Origin: Vicugna vicugna
Lineage: Eukaryota
Direction: 5' to 3'
Length of the DNA stretch: 64,000 nt
Assembly (NCBI GenBank): GCA_013265495.1
Contig: MU058198.1
Location: forward strand, 2,740,419-2,804,418
Of this stretch, positions 25,901-39,230 are shown piece after piece (the first letter of the stretch is position 1; every line of letters starts with the position of its first letter). The notes under the pieces were generated by a model. It had not been told where the DNA came from. It saw only the letters and a list, made by a program, of their open reading frames with translations, and searched no databases. Both the position numbers and the translations under genes were made by a program.

Positions 25901-26399
25901 GGCTCCTCCGCTCCTTGAGGATGGGGCTGTGCGTATCTCCAAATGGACATTTCATGCTTCTGTGACGATAACCCCGTAAGAGAAATCATGCCAGGCACTC
26001 AGAAGGGGTCTCCACGATTGTGAAGGGAGGCAGCCATTGGTCTGGCCACGCCTCTGGACTCACAAGATTTACACATTCTTCTTCAGTGTGGCAAAGCCAT
26101 AACCAGTGAAAGTAAAATACACACGGGGGCAGGGAAATAGCAGCCCTGTGGATATAGAACTATTTGTGAATATAGAATTATAAAAGCCGTAACACGTAAA
26201 ATCTTTCCTGTTCTTAAATGAAAAGCTTCATTATGTTTTCAGGGGGAAAAAAATGAATGAAAGGAGACTTGTCACTAGATGAGATCTCAGAAAGTCTTAA
26301 GATAAAGAAATTACACAGCAAGCATCCAAGCAGGAAAAAAAAAATCTTCAAAAACAAACACAAACACAAAAGTCAAAGAAAACAAAACATATATTACAG

Positions 26400-27020
26400 A
26401 AAGGATGCTGGGTGTTTCAGACCTTTCAGCTCCAGCAAGAAATGCTATGATAGACTGGAGTGGTGCCTGAGAGACTCTGAGCAGAGAAGACTCTGACTTA
26501 ATATGCACCACGTTGGTGTTCAGGTATGAAGACAATAGAGAAGCATGTCAGAGATCCTGGCAGAGGGAACAGTACAGCAAAGATCTCCAAGTGAAAAGAC
26601 CTTGGCATGTAGAGCTTTGAAACTGCAAAGGTCTGGACTTTTTTCTAAGGATTTTGCACATAAAAGCAATGTGATTTAGTGGCTGTTTAAAAAAAAATTA
26701 ATCTAGCCTGCTGTGTAAAGAACAGACCAGAGGGCTAAGAGTGGGGTGGGTATCTAGATGAGCAGGTTTTTGCATACACTGATGTCACAGGATGTGGAGA
26801 GAGATTGCCCCGGGAGGAGAAGGGAGGGCTCAAGAAAGGCTTTCAGGTTTCAGGCTTGAGCACTGGGGAAGGGGGCTGCAATTTACTGAGTAACACTGGT
26901 GGAGGCACAGATTTAGGGCTGAAAAATCAATGGACTGATTTTGAATCTGCTACGTTTGAATGACCAACACTTCCAAGTGGTACGGCCAAGGAAGCAGCTG
27001 GATATGCAAGTCTGGAATCA
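26400..27020 (-). mobile_element. L2 LINE fragment
   Basis: cagagggaacagtacagcaaag; caggttttcaggcttgagcactgg; gcagctggatatgcaagtctgg. Confidence 0.6.
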
Positions 27021-27029
27021 TCGAAGATG

Positions 27030-28450
27030 TTCTCAGCCCCATACTTCTCTGCATCCCCTACATCATTCTCCCAGACCTTTCCATTAACTCTCTGGAACTC
27101 CCATTCTGTGATCAGGAAATACCCCTATATCCTTAGCCTCCTCTGCTTCAACCCTACCTGCTCCTCTCCCAGTCTCCCTCATTCCAATAAATGGCAAGTC
27201 CACACTGAACTCTTGATTCCCCTTCCCCCACACCCCCAATTTGCTCCCTCTACAGTCCTTACCATTTCAATTAATGGCACCCCCAAACTTTCTTTTTTTT
27301 AATTGAAGTATAGTCAGTTTCCAATGTTGTGTCAATTTCTGATGTACAGCATAGTGTTTCAGTCATATATATACATACATATACTCTTTTTCATATTCTT
27401 TTTCATTATAGGTTACTACAAGATATTGAATAGAGTTCCCTGTGCTATGCAGTAGACATTTGTTGTTTATTTATTTTATATATAGTAGTTAGTATCTGAA
27501 AATCTTGAACTTCCAATTTATCCCTTCCCACCCCCTTCTCCCTCAGTAACCATAGGTTTGTTTTCTATGTCTGTGAGTCTGTTTCTGTTTTGTAAACACA
27601 TTCATTTGTGTCTTTCTTTTCTTTTTAAGATTCCACATATGAGCGATCTCATATGGTATTTTTCTTTCTCTTTCTGGCTTGCTTCACTTAGAATGACAAT
27701 CTCCACATCCACCCATGTTGCTGTAAATGGCATTATTTTATTCTTTTTTATGACTGAGTAGTATTCCATTGTATATAAACACTACAACTTCTTTAACCGG
27801 TCATCTGTTGATGGACATTTAGGTTGTTTCCATGTCTTGCCTATTGTAAATAGTGCTGCTGTGAACATTAGGGTGGCACCCCCAAACTTTCAATTATTGA
27901 ATTCCAAAACCTTGAAGTTATCACTGACTCTTCTGTTTCTCTAACACTCCACATCCAACTCTCCAGGAAATCCAGTTTTTTTCACAGGACTCAGAATAAA
28001 AATCAAAGATCTTACAATAACCCATAAAGCCCTGCATGATCTGGACCCTCTGATATTATATTTTGCTACTCTCTCCCTCACTCACTTTGCTCCAGCCACA
28101 CTGGCCTCCTTGCAGTTGCCCAAGATTCAAACACATTCCCACCTCAGGGCCTTTGCACTGGCTCTCCCTTTTGTCTGAAGCCCCCTTTCCCACTTATCTA
28201 CATGGCTTCCTCATTTCCTTCATGTTCTTCAAATATCACCTCAACAGTGAGGCATGATCTGGTATAAAGCAGCATCCTTTCCCTTCTTAGCACCGCCTGG
28301 CATACTCTCTACATTTATTTGTTTACTTGTTTATTGTTTGTTTTCCTCCACCAGGATGCAAGTCCCATGAGATCACTGTCTTTGTTTTGCTCACCACTGT
28401 AACCCCACAGTCTAGAAGAGTGCCTGGCCCACAGAGGTGCCCAATTAGCT
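27030..28450 (+). mobile_element. L2 LINE fragment (host of the L1 below)
   Basis: cactgaactcttgatt; gctccagccacactggcctcct; cctcagggcctttgcactggct; gagtgcctggcccacagaggtgcccaat. Confidence 0.7.
27293..27873 (-). mobile_element. Young L1 3' end (ORF2 tail + 3' UTR)
   Basis: Poly-T then aattgaagtatagtcag...; perfect 18-bp TSD tggcacccccaaactttc (27275-27292, 27874-27891). Confidence 0.9.
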
Positions 28451-31044
28451 GTATGTTGTTGCTGGTGGCAAGGAGTCAAATAGTCTAGAATTCAATCTCA
28501 ATTATAACCTCATTGTAACCTGAGATTCATCTCTCTTAGCTGTGAAGTAGGGACTTTAATATCTGCCCTGCCAAGCTCACAGGGCTGCTGTGAAGACCAA
28601 ATGACGCACTGTATCCAACAAGGATTAACTGTTAGAAAGATTTAGACATTTTCATAGGCCATAGTCCCACGGCCCAAAATGCAAAACAGAGTATGTGGAA
28701 CACAATAAAGGGATACTTGATAATATCCTTTATAATTCCCATGCGGAAAAAAAAAGGAAAGCCCTAAAGAAACTAGAATGCTCTCACAGGGAATTCTTTG
28801 GCAAGTTCCAATCTTAAAATGATCAGTACATAAAGATGGAAAGACAGGCACAAAACCAAAGGTGAATACAAAAGAATGTTAAGCACGGACAAGAATGGTT
28901 TCAGGGAGGCTGTGGGGGAAAAAAAAAAAGTAAGGTTTGCAAAAACGTTAAGGATGAGAAAAATTGATCTGGGGGCACATTTGAAGCAAGAAGATAAATG
29001 ATAGGATTGTGCCAACAGATGTCAGATTAAAAGCAGAACTTGGGTCTTAGTTTGCTTCCAACAAAGAAAATGGTCTTTAGATTTGAAATAAGAAATCCTT
29101 AAAAATGAAGTTTAAAGAGCAACAGAGATACAGAAAGAGACAGCTAGAGTTCTGCTTCATTAAATGAGGTTAAGCCTCCAATGTAATTGCAACCTAACCC
29201 CCAACTTCATTTCATGGGTCCTTTTCTACTCTCCCCCCAAGCTCGGCAACCAGGTTACCCATCTAGTTCTGGGCACAGCTCAGTCTGATGAGAGAGATGA
29301 CAAAGGAGCCATATGAGGTGGGTAGAGGAGTCATTCTTTATCCATGATGGACAAGTAAGGGCATGAGCTGGTGGTCACCCATGTGCTTGGCTGTATTGTG
29401 TGTGTGCACAAGTGTGTTTCTTTACTAGGGAGGTCAAGGAGGGTATCTTCTGATGACAGAGAACTAGGCTTTATTGTAGCCAAGCATCCCCTCCACCAGA
29501 GGTAGGAGCATTGAGGAGTATAAGGGTTATTGCTCCTTGCTGCTAATAAGTACAACGTAGACATGCTTTTGGATTTTCCAGCTTCCCATTAAATACTCCA
29601 AGAACAGCCTGTAAGACTTTGCCTTCTCTTCTGGGAGTCCCACAAAATGTTTCCCGAGATGCAGGAAACCCTGGGAGGTTGTTGGAAAGATGTTGCATAT
29701 AACAACTGCTGATCTTATCTTTCAAAGTGATGCTCCGTGCATCATTGGGTTGGACAGCAGTAGTCACCACCCCAGGTCATAATTCTGGCCTAATACGATA
29801 TAGCAAGTGTAACCATTCGTTTCACATCCTAATCCTGCATCAAGATCTCCTAACGCCCTCTTCTCTCATTCTTTATACCGTCACTAGTGGAAAATATTAT
29901 TCAACATTTGATTAGTGCTTGAATATGATTCCCTGGAATTTGGGTTTGGCTCATACCCATTACTAACATGCTTTAATTCACTTATAAATTCTCTCTTTGA
30001 GAACCCGCTGCTCCTTTCCCCCCCACCCCGATCTGACCCTCATGCTCTTCTTGACCTCTCCTTTCCAGAGGCCAAACTGGTACTTTACCCACCATCTCCC
30101 TGACAGATGCATCTTGACTGCTGTACTCTGGACTGGCCACTGGGTTTCCATGTGGCCATCTGACCATTGGGATTCAACTCTGTCCCCCAATATGCACCCC
30201 ATTTCCCAGTTCAGAGGGATGGCTTCTGTTTTGATTCCCACCCTTTGTTCTTATTCTTACAAATAGTTTATGCCTTCTTTCTCCCAAGGGGACACCATCC
30301 TTACTCCAGCTGGGGGCTGGGACCTGCCACTCATGAGAAGACTTTTCAGATACTGCCTTGCTGTCTGCCTGGGCTTCCGGGCACTGTTCCCCTGGGGCCT
30401 TTCCTCCACCGTACGTCATCACTCTTCAGAGCAGCCACTGAATCAACCAAACATTAACTTAAACCATGACCACAGGAAGTCATGCTCCTTGGGAACCATA
30501 CCTGCTGATGAAACCTGGGAAGTCAGCCTCCCTTCCTACTTTCCAAGCCTCTTTCTTTCTAGGAAAATCTATTCTAGATCATGGTCTGTCTAGCCTACCT
30601 ACACTGTTTTGCTGTGAATTCCTGACTCCCTTTGAAATATTGAAGTCCTAAAATATATGAAAATGGGATTCTTAAACAACTGTTAGTAACTATTTGACTC
30701 CTAGAGGGGCAGAAACTGAGTCTCATTAATCTCTGTAACCTGGGACAGCAAGCAGCCACAGATTTTATGGGAAGAAAATCCAGAGACTAGAAAAAGAAAA
30801 TGCTAATCTCTGTTTCCAAAAACAGGGGCAAACTTCAAGACGCTAAAGAGAGTTAAGTGGCAAAACACTAAATGAATCCTTACATTTTTGCTTTGTGAGC
30901 ACTTGGAAAAGAATGAATGGCCTGATCACCAAAAAATTTGTATGATATTGACCTAATGTTCTGATTCCAAGGGGATTAATCTCAGGAATATATATGACAA
31001 GAAGTTGTGTATCTCAATTTTTTTTCACTATATAGTATACCTTT

Positions 31045-31420
31045 TAATTTTTTATATTGTGGTAAAATATACACAACATACATTTTACAGGTTTAACTTT
31101 TTTTAAGTGTACATTCTCAGTGGCATTAGGCACATTCACGTCGTTGTGCAACCATCTCTAGAAATTTTTCATCTTCCCAAATTGAAACTGTACCCATTAA
31201 ACAATAACTCCTGGGTCCCCTCCTCCCCCAGCCCCTAACAACCATCATTCTACTCTGTCTGTATGAATTTGACTGTTCTGTGTACCTCATGTAAGTGTAA
31301 TCGTACGATATTTGTCCTTCTGTGACTGGCTTATTTCACTTTGCATAATATCCTCAAGGGTCATCCATGTGGCTGGGTGTGTCAGAATTCCCTTCCCTTT
31401 TTAAGGCTGAATAATAGTGC
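31045..31420 (-). mobile_element. L1MA/MB 3' end
   Basis: ttgtggtaaaatatacacaacata...gtggcatt...cacattcacgtcgttgtgcaaccatc...tgtgactggcttatttcactt. Confidence 0.8.
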
Positions 31421-31784
31421 ATCTGAATTTTAACAAGACAAGATTTCTCCCGATGTCCTGTGGATAATGAGCACGCACAGGGACTGAAGGATGGGACACT
31501 GCGACGTCACAGGGTCCATATCACATGGGGGAAGTTCCCCAATACTCTTGTTCAGACTGCCCTGGGCAGCACTTCTCACAATGACTTAAATGAGGACAAA
31601 AGAGGGCTGCCAAGCTAATAACTTGTGAATGGCACAAAATTGGGCATAACAGCCCTTCTGTCAAATAATGAACATGGATTCAAAGTCTTTAGTATATCAT
31701 AATGATCAACTGAAACCAAGGAGATGAAATTGAACAATAGTATCTATAATACACTAAAATTAGGTTAAAGGACCTATATGCCTG

Positions 31785-31823
31785 CACGCACACACACACA
31801 CAGACACACACACACACACACAC
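31785..31823. repeat. (CA)n microsatellite
   Basis: Directly visible. Confidence 0.9.
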
Positions 31824-32384
31824 CCCCGCAGCAGTACAGGATGGAGTAAAACTGGCCTAAGAGCAGCATGACCAAGGGTTGTGGGTTTTAATTGACCACA
31901 AGCTCAGTCTGAGTCAACAGTGGGATGTGGTTGCCAAAAAAACAACTAATGTGATCCAAAGGTGCATTAATAGAAGCACAATGCTCGGAGCACGGCAGGA
32001 AATAGCTCCTCTGCTGGCCTTGCTGGTGAGGCCGCACTGGGAAGGTTGGATTCAGCTTATGAGGAATAAGCCAAAACCTGGAGGGTGTTCGGCAGAGGGC
32101 ACACAGTCTGGAAAACGTGCCTCAAGAGGGGCAGGAAACATACTGGGGACTGTGGCAGGTGGAAGAGAAGACTTTGCAGGGGCATACAGGAGGTGACTGT
32201 AAAATCTGAAAGGCTTGCTTTCATGGGGCGTTAGACAATGGAACTATATCCCATGGATGGAAGTTATGGGATGGGTAAGTTCTACTTAGGAAAATACATC
32301 ACTGGACCCACCAAATAATAGAATGGGAGGCTGCAGGAGGGAGTTTCTCATGATTGGAGGCAGTTAACCAGAGTTGTTTGAGAA

Positions 32385-32578
32385 CAGTGGTTCTCAGGGG
32401 CAGTTCTGCCCCCCAGGAGATAGCGATGCTGATGGTCACCCCGGAAGTGGGGTTGCTGCTGGTACCTAGTGAGTGGAGGCCAGGGATGCTTCCAAACACT
32501 CTACAGCAAACAGGATAACCCTGGGAACAAAGAATTATCTATCCCACAATGTTGATCATGCTGAGCGTGAGAAACCTG
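32385..32578 (+). mobile_element. MER20-like hAT-Charlie MITE
   Basis: cagtggttctca...ctagtgagtggaggccagggatgct...acaaagaattatc...tgagaaacctg. Confidence 0.75.
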
Positions 32579-32615
32579 CTTTAGAAGGAATTCCTACACG
32601 AAAATGTTGTAAGAG

Positions 32616-33460
32616 CAGAGGTCCAAGACCCACCCCCCCCGGCTGGATCTGGCCTACAGATTTTCTTTTTCTTTTTCTATCACTTGTCAATTTCACATAA
32701 AGATCTGAAACCCTCGCATTGGGTGCACCCTCCTGCATGGCTACCATTGCCTGGAGCTGCTAAGTAGCTGATGTCTGTTTTGGATGAGTCTAGAACTCTC
32801 TAGTTCATGACAGTCCTGCCTTCATTACCTGCTGGACCAGCATAGGCATTTGAATTATGACCCTGTGGACCTTTAATCCAGAGGCCCTCAACTTGGCCTT
32901 GGTATTCAAATCTCCTGGGGAGCTTTAAAGATGCCCAGGGCTAAAGCTGTACCGCAGACCAATTAATCAGACTCTCTGGGGCGGGGGTGGGGGGGGTGCT
33001 TCAGGCAGCAATGTTTCTTACGGCCCCGAAATGGTTCTAAGGCGTGGTTAAGGGCAAGAACCATGGCTTTACCGTGGAACAATGACCCGGTGAGGGGGAA
33101 GCTCTAAGGCCAACAAACTCATATGCAGTAGACAGAACTTCCCAGTAGTCAAAGAACTTAAACAACCAAATGGGTTGCTTCAGGAGTGAGCTCCACATTT
33201 CTGGAGGTAATCAATCAAGATAATTTTCAAGAAGAAATCCCTACTTTGGAATACATAAAAGGGAGAGAGACTGGACCAGAGCAGCGGTTCTTGACCGTGA
33301 GTGTGGATGAAAGTCACCTCAGGAGTTTCCCCAAGTACACGGGTCCAGGCCCCTCATCCTGGAAGATAATAATCTTGTAAAGTCAGGTGAAGGCTGAGCA
33401 GGTACAAACTGAGAAAGCTCCCCAGATGCTGCTGCTAAGCACTCCTAGGGAGGAACCACT
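32616..33460. mobile_element. MER102-like and MER5-like hAT fragments
   Basis: ggatctggcctacaga...ggcatttgaattatgaccctg; then two MER5-type cagaggccctcaac.../cagcggttcttgac... units. Confidence 0.5.
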
Positions 33461-34641
33461 GAGCGAGATGGATGACCTCTTCGAGCTCCAACCTCAACCT
33501 TGGCAATGACTCAGGTTCTTAAGAAAAAAATCTGTGTAAATCTTCAAATGCACACTGTAATCGAAACATAAATAGCATGACCACCAAGCTGGGAGTACTT
33601 TAACACACACGAAGATGAGGTCAAATTTGAAGCTGCAAGATTCTCTGATTCACTCTAGCACTGAGACCTAAAAGATTCAAGGAAAGAAGTGTTTTCTGGG
33701 TCCCAGCTCTTTTTCTGACATACTTGACATGTGATGTTTGCTTAAATAATGTCTCAGCAAGCAGCTTATATGCTTGTGTCAGAGTTCTTAGCCTCAAGCC
33801 ACAGATACTGATGCTGCCTGCTTTAAGCTAAAAAGAAATCCATTAAATGGGTATTGGGATGGTATAAGAAGGTTTTAAAATATGCCTGCCTTAATAAAGC
33901 ATGATACATCAATTTGGTGACTTACTATACGGCCATTAAAAACTATCCTACAGATTAAAATATATTAGAGTATAAAGATGTCTACCTTATAGGACTCTGT
34001 GAGAAAATTAGGTTATAGAATAAATCATGAGATACGATACTATTTATTTTTATAATAGCATATATTTATATTAATAGTTATATTCAAAATCTAAGAAAAA
34101 AACTGAGATTTGACCTAACCCGCACATCTTATACAAAAATTAACTCTCAATAAATCATGAACTTAAATATAAAATGTAAACCTATAAAACTTTTAGGGAA
34201 AAATAAACATAAGAGAAAACCTTCAGGGTTTAGGGCCAGGCAAAGAATTCTCAGACTTGACACAAAAAGCAGTCTGTAAAAGGAAAGACTGATAAATTTG
34301 ACCTCATCAAAATTAAAACCTTTTACTCTGCAAAAAGAACCGGTAAAAGAATGAAAAAATAACCTGCAGATTGAGAGAAAATATTTGCAAACCACACATC
34401 TGACAAAAGACTCGTGTCTAGAATGTATTAAAAACTCTTAAGGCTCACAGTAAAAAAAATTAAAATAAAATTAGAAAATGGGCAAAAGGCATGAAGAGAC
34501 ATCTCCCTAAAAAGGATATGTAGATGGAAAATAAGTACATGAAAAGATGTTCAATTACTAGCCATCAGTGAAGCATAAGTTAAAACCACAATAAGGTGTC
34601 ACTACACACTCTTCAGAATGGCTGAAATAAAAGATTATGAC

Positions 34642-35812
34642 TCTCCTAGGGCAGTCTATTCAGGCAACAGAAATAAAAGCAAAAATTAACAAATGGGACC
34701 TAATTAAACATAAGCTTTTGCATAGCAAAGGTAACTATAAGCAAAACAAAATGACAACCTATAATATTTGCAAATGATGCAACTGACAAAGGTTTAATTT
34801 CCAGAATATATAAACAGCTCATACAACTTAATAACAAAAAAAACTAACAACCCAATCCAAAAATGGGCAGAAGACCTAAACAAGCAATTCTCCAGTGAAG
34901 ACATAGAAAATGGCCAATAGGCACATTGGAAAAAATGCTCAATATTGTTAATTATCAGAGAAATGCAAATCAAAACTACAATGAGGTATCACCTCACACC
35001 AGTCAGAATGGCCATCATTCAAAAGTCCACAAACAGTAAATGCTGGAGAGGCTGTGGAGAAAAGGGAACCCTCCTATACCATTGGTGGAAATGTAGTTTG
35101 GTGCAGCCATTATGGAAAACAGTATGGAGATTCCTCAGAAAACTAAAAATAGACTTACCATGTGATCCAGCAATCCCACTCCTGGGAATATATCCAGAGA
35201 GAACTCTAACTCAAAAAGATACATGCACCCCAATGTTCATAGCAGCACTGCATACAATAGCCAAGACATGGAAACAACCTAAATGTCCATCAACAGATGA
35301 CTAGATGAAGAAATTGTGGTATATTTATACAATGGAATACTACTCAGCCATCAAAAAAAATAAAATAATGCCGTTTGCAGCAACATGGATGGACCTGGAG
35401 ATAGTCATACTAAGTGAAGTAAGCCAGAAAGAGAAAGAAAAATACAGCATGACATCACTCATATGTGGAATCTTAAAAAGAAAAAGAAAAAAAAAGTGGA
35501 TACTAATCTACAAAACAGAAACAGACTCGCAGACATAGTAGATAATCTTACAGTCACTGGAGGCATAGGGGTGGTAAGGGATAAATTTGGGAGTTTGACA
35601 TTTGCAGATGTTAGCCACTATATATAAAAATAGATTAAAAAAACAAGTTTCTTATGTATAGCACAAGGAACTACATTCAATATCTTGTAATAGCTTTAAT
35701 GAAAAAGAATGTGAAAATGAATATGTATGTTTATGCATGACTGGGACATTGTGCTGTACACCAGAAATTGATATATTATAACTGACTGTATTTCAATTTA
35801 AAAAATTAAGAA
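34642..35812 (+). mobile_element. Young L1, 5'-truncated, ORF2 C-terminus disrupted
   Basis: ORFs 34945-35304 and 35305-35538 translate as the L1 ORF2 C-terminus ([20 protein letters not shown]...[12 protein letters not shown]...[15 protein letters not shown]...WMDLE); TAG replaces a Trp codon at 35302-35304. Confidence 0.92.
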
Positions 35813-36163
35813 AAGAAATTGTCACAACACCAAATGCTGGTGATGATGGAGAGAAACTGGTCACTCATATATCGTAAAAATGATGCAACTATTTTGGAAG
35901 GCAATCTGGCAGTTTCTTTCACACTAAATGTGCAGTTACCACTTGATCCAGTAATTGAGCTTTTGGGCATTTATCTCAGAGAAATGAAAACTTATGTCCA
36001 CACAAAAACATGTACATGAATGTTCATAGCGCCTTTATTTGTAATAGGCATAAATGGGAACCAGCCCAAATGCTCTTTAATGGGTGAATGATTAAAGACC
36101 ATATCCACACCATGGAATAAATGAAATACTGAAATACTGCTCAGAAATAAAAAAGAATGAACT

Positions 36164-36302
36164 TTTGTTTTGTTCTTCTATGTAGGGGGAAGGTAACTAG
36201 ATCTATTTATTAATTATTTTTTTAATGGAGGTACTGAGGATTGAACCCAGGACCTCATGCATGTTAAGCGTATACTCTACCACTTGAGCTATATCCTCCC
36301 CA
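36164..36302 (-). mobile_element. tRNA-Ala-derived SINE
   Basis: tggaggtactgaggattgaacccaggacctc...ctctaccacttgagctata; near-TSD aaaa(g)gaatgaact. Confidence 0.85.
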
Positions 36303-37354
36303 CAAAAAGGAATGAACTACTGATACACAAAACAATTTGGATGGATCTCCAGGGAACTATGCTGAGTGAAAAAAGCCAGCCTCAAAAAGTTACATACTGT
36401 AGGGTGCTATTCATGTAATGTTTGTGAAAAGACAAAATATTAGAAGTGAAGAACAGATTAGGGATTAGGGATGGAGTGTGGGGTGGGAGAGAGGTGGGTG
36501 CATGTATTAAAGGACAACGTGATAGAGTCCATGTCCCATATGTTGAGTGTGCTGGTGGATACTCAAACTTGATAATGCTGTATAGAGATGAACACACACA
36601 CACAAGTAAAACTGAGGAAATCTGAATAAGATGAGTGTATTATACCAATATCAATACCCTGGTCATGATACTGTACCATAGTTTTGTTAGATATTACCAT
36701 TGGGAGAAACTAGGTAAAGTATGTGGTTCTCTGTATTATTTTCAGTATTATTTCTTACAACTGCATGTGAATCCACAATTATCTCAAAATTAAAAGTTTA
36801 ATTTTTAAAAAAGTGCATTGGCATGTAAAGATGTCCACAATATTGGGTTCTGTGGGAAAATTAGGTTACAAGATAGAATAAAGAATAAATAAAGAAATAA
36901 TTTATTATGATATTTTATATATTTATAGTTAGATATAAAATCTGGAATATATGCTGAAGTGATAATGAATTCTTCTGGGTGGAGGGACTGCAACTGTATC
37001 TTTTATTTCTGTGTATGTTTTATTTTTGCTACTGGACACATGGATTAGTGGGGTGAAACTAAGTAAACATGTTATAAAAAGAAATTAAAAGGCTGTTGGG
37101 TAGGTAGTTCACAGAATCCCTGAGATGTCTGGAAAAAGAGAAACGAGGAGAATCAGGAGGGGCTGGGCAGCAGGAATCTCTGGCCAGGTTCCCTCTCAGA
37201 GAGTCTGTATGTCTGGGGCAGCACTGTTGCTGCCCTGCACTGCTCTAGTGATGGAGCTTGCCCATCAGATAGATGCACCACAGGCAATGGACCGGGTGCC
37301 CCCACTTTCCCTGCTACCACTTATCTTCAGTCTTGCTGCAACCACTACTGCAAA

Positions 37355-37450
37355 AACACACAGACAAACAGAGACACAGAGACACAGAGACAGCCAGAGA
37401 CAGAGAGACAGAGATGGAGAGAGAGAGAGACAGAGACAGAAAGAGAGAGA
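37355..37450. repeat. (GA)/(CAGA)n low-complexity repeat
   Basis: Directly visible. Confidence 0.85.
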
Positions 37451-38162
37451 ACTCTCTAGTTTCTGCTTCTTGGTGTCCTTTGCTCCTGACTCAAAGCCTG
37501 GAGCAAGTGCACAAGCAAATCTTGTCATTTTCAGGACCTGGAGCAAGAGCACAAATGGAGGCCCATATTCTACATACTTAAATATTTAAAAGTTATGAAC
37601 CAAAGCTACACGCTGTTAAATAAAGTATATTCTATAATGCAATCCTGATAGACATAATTTCAGAGCATCCTGGAAGGCCAAGTTCAGATTTAGAATTCTG
37701 AGCTCTTCACTTGAACGTGATGGTATGGGAGGAGCCTCCTGGCCTGTGTGGCCCACTCCTTCTCTTTCCATGGCTGGTTCATCCTTCACACAAGCACGTA
37801 AACATCCAAGCTCCATCTACACCCTCTCCTGTAAAGAGTCATTTCTTGGCCACCCTGTGGGCCTCGGGGTGTTTACACTGCTGAGCAGACCCCTCTCAGG
37901 ACAGACTGGGAAAGAGATTTGTGTGGGTTTGGAAGTGGGTTGAGGCTGTTTGACCAGGGATTCTAGGATCCAGGATACCTGGGATGTGGTCTATAAGGCA
38001 GGGTGAGCACAACTCCTTAGTCCTGTGGACTCCTCACTCCATGAAGGGGAATCAGCCAGAATCTGGGTCTCCCTAGCTGCAAGGGAGTCCAGGAAAATGA
38101 GATCTGACACTTTCAGCTTCTTAGTAGGGGACAGATTGTGCCTGCTATCAAGACTCATAGCA

Positions 38163-38679
38163 CATGGAAACAGCCTAAATGTCCATCAACAGATGACTGG
38201 ATAAAGAAGATGTGGTATATTTATACAATGGAATACTACTCAGCCATAAAAACCGACAATATAACCCCATTTGCAGCAACATGGATGTTCCTGGAGTAAG
38301 TGAATTCTAAGTGAAGTAAGCCAGAAAGAGAAAGAAAAATACCATGTGAAATTGTGCATATGTGGAATCTAAAAAAAAGAAGAAGAAACATAAATACAAA
38401 ACAGAAACAGACTCACAGACATAGAATACAAACTTGTGGTTGCCAAGGGGGTGGGGGGTGGGAAGGGACAGACTGGGATTTGAAAATGTAGAATAGATAA
38501 ACAAGATTATACTATATAGCACAGGGAAATATATACAAGACCTTGTGGTAGCTCGCAGCAAAAAAAAAAGTGACAATGAATATATGTATGTTCATGTATA
38601 ACTGAAAAACTGTGCTCTACACTGAAATTTGACACAACATTGTAAAATGACTATAACTCAATAAAAAATGTTAAAAAAA
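38163..38679 (+). mobile_element. Young L1 3' end
   Basis: cctaaatgtccatcaacagatgactggataaagaagatgtgg...caataaaaaatgttaaaa; TSD aagact(c/g)atagca (38150-38162, 38680-38692). Confidence 0.88.
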
Positions 38680-38772
38680 AAGACTGATAGCATGGGGAAT
38701 TCCATAAACATAGGAAAGATGGTCAGAGCAAGGCAGCCTAAAAGAAGAACAAATGTCTACTACAATGCTTTA

Positions 38773-38892
38773 CTTGGGGGGGGGTAATTAGGTTTACTTA
38801 TTCATTTATTTTTAGAGGAGGTACTGGGGATTGAACCCAGGACCTCATGCACACTAAGCATGCGCTCTACCACTTGAGCTATACCCTCCCCA
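38773..38892 (-). mobile_element. tRNA-Ala-derived SINE
   Basis: ggaggtactggggattgaacccaggacctc...gagctataccctcccc; perfect 16-bp TSD ctactacaatgcttta (38757-38772, 38893-38908). Confidence 0.9.
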
Positions 38893-38989
38893 CTACTACA
38901 ATGCTTTAATAACACTTAGATGTTATCCATTGCCATCTCAGAGATTCGTAGATGGTGGTGATGATGCTAATGATGGTGACGATGATGGA

Positions 38990-39230
38990 GGCTAATATTT
39001 ATTGAGTATTCACTTCTGTCAGGCATTACGCAAATCTCTTTATACACATTAGTTTATTCCATCCTCTAGGATGTAGCCCCTTTGGTTATCTCCACCTCCA
39101 ACAGAGATAAGAAATCTGAGAAGCTAAGAGGTTAGATAACCTGGTCAAGGTGACTTGAGCAGCTAGTAGCAAAGACAGGCTTTGAACTCAGGATGCCTAG
39201 CTCCAGGGTTCATAAGCTGTACCACTACAC
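38990..39230 (-). mobile_element. MIR SINE
   Basis: gctaatatttattgagt...gaggttagataacctggtcaagg...tttgaactcagg. Confidence 0.7.

Larger units (their letters stand above)
30780..32380 (+). mobile_element. L3/CR1 LINE ORF2 remnant
   Basis: ORF 31879-32196 WVLIDHKLSLSQQWDVVAKKTTNVIQRCINRS...LLALLVRPHWEGWIQL resembles the CR1 RT C-terminus (GVLVDxKLNMSQQC..AAKKAN.ILGCINRS...LYSALVRPHLEYCVQFW). Confidence 0.75.
34100..36805 (+). mobile_element. Old L1 (L1MC/MD-like) ORF2 end + 3' UTR, split by a younger L1 and a SINE
   Basis: aaaatgggcaaaaggcatgaagagacat...; resumes acaacaccaaatgctgg; ends cttacaactgcatgtgaatccacaattatctcaaaattaaaagttt. Confidence 0.8.

Noticed and set aside
29300..30600. Possible degenerate retroviral pol/gag on the minus strand (KVLQAVLG fragment)
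   Set aside because: I found no recognisable RT, RNase H or integrase motif by eye; it needs a Dfam/tBLASTn search before any call.
34945..35538. Functional L1 ORF2 or a host gene
   Set aside because: 5'-truncated, in-frame stop at 35302-35304, and the zinc-knuckle region is altered.
37125..37589. 154-aa ORF
   Set aside because: Runs through an LTR remnant and a GA/CAGA repeat; no domain or splice support.
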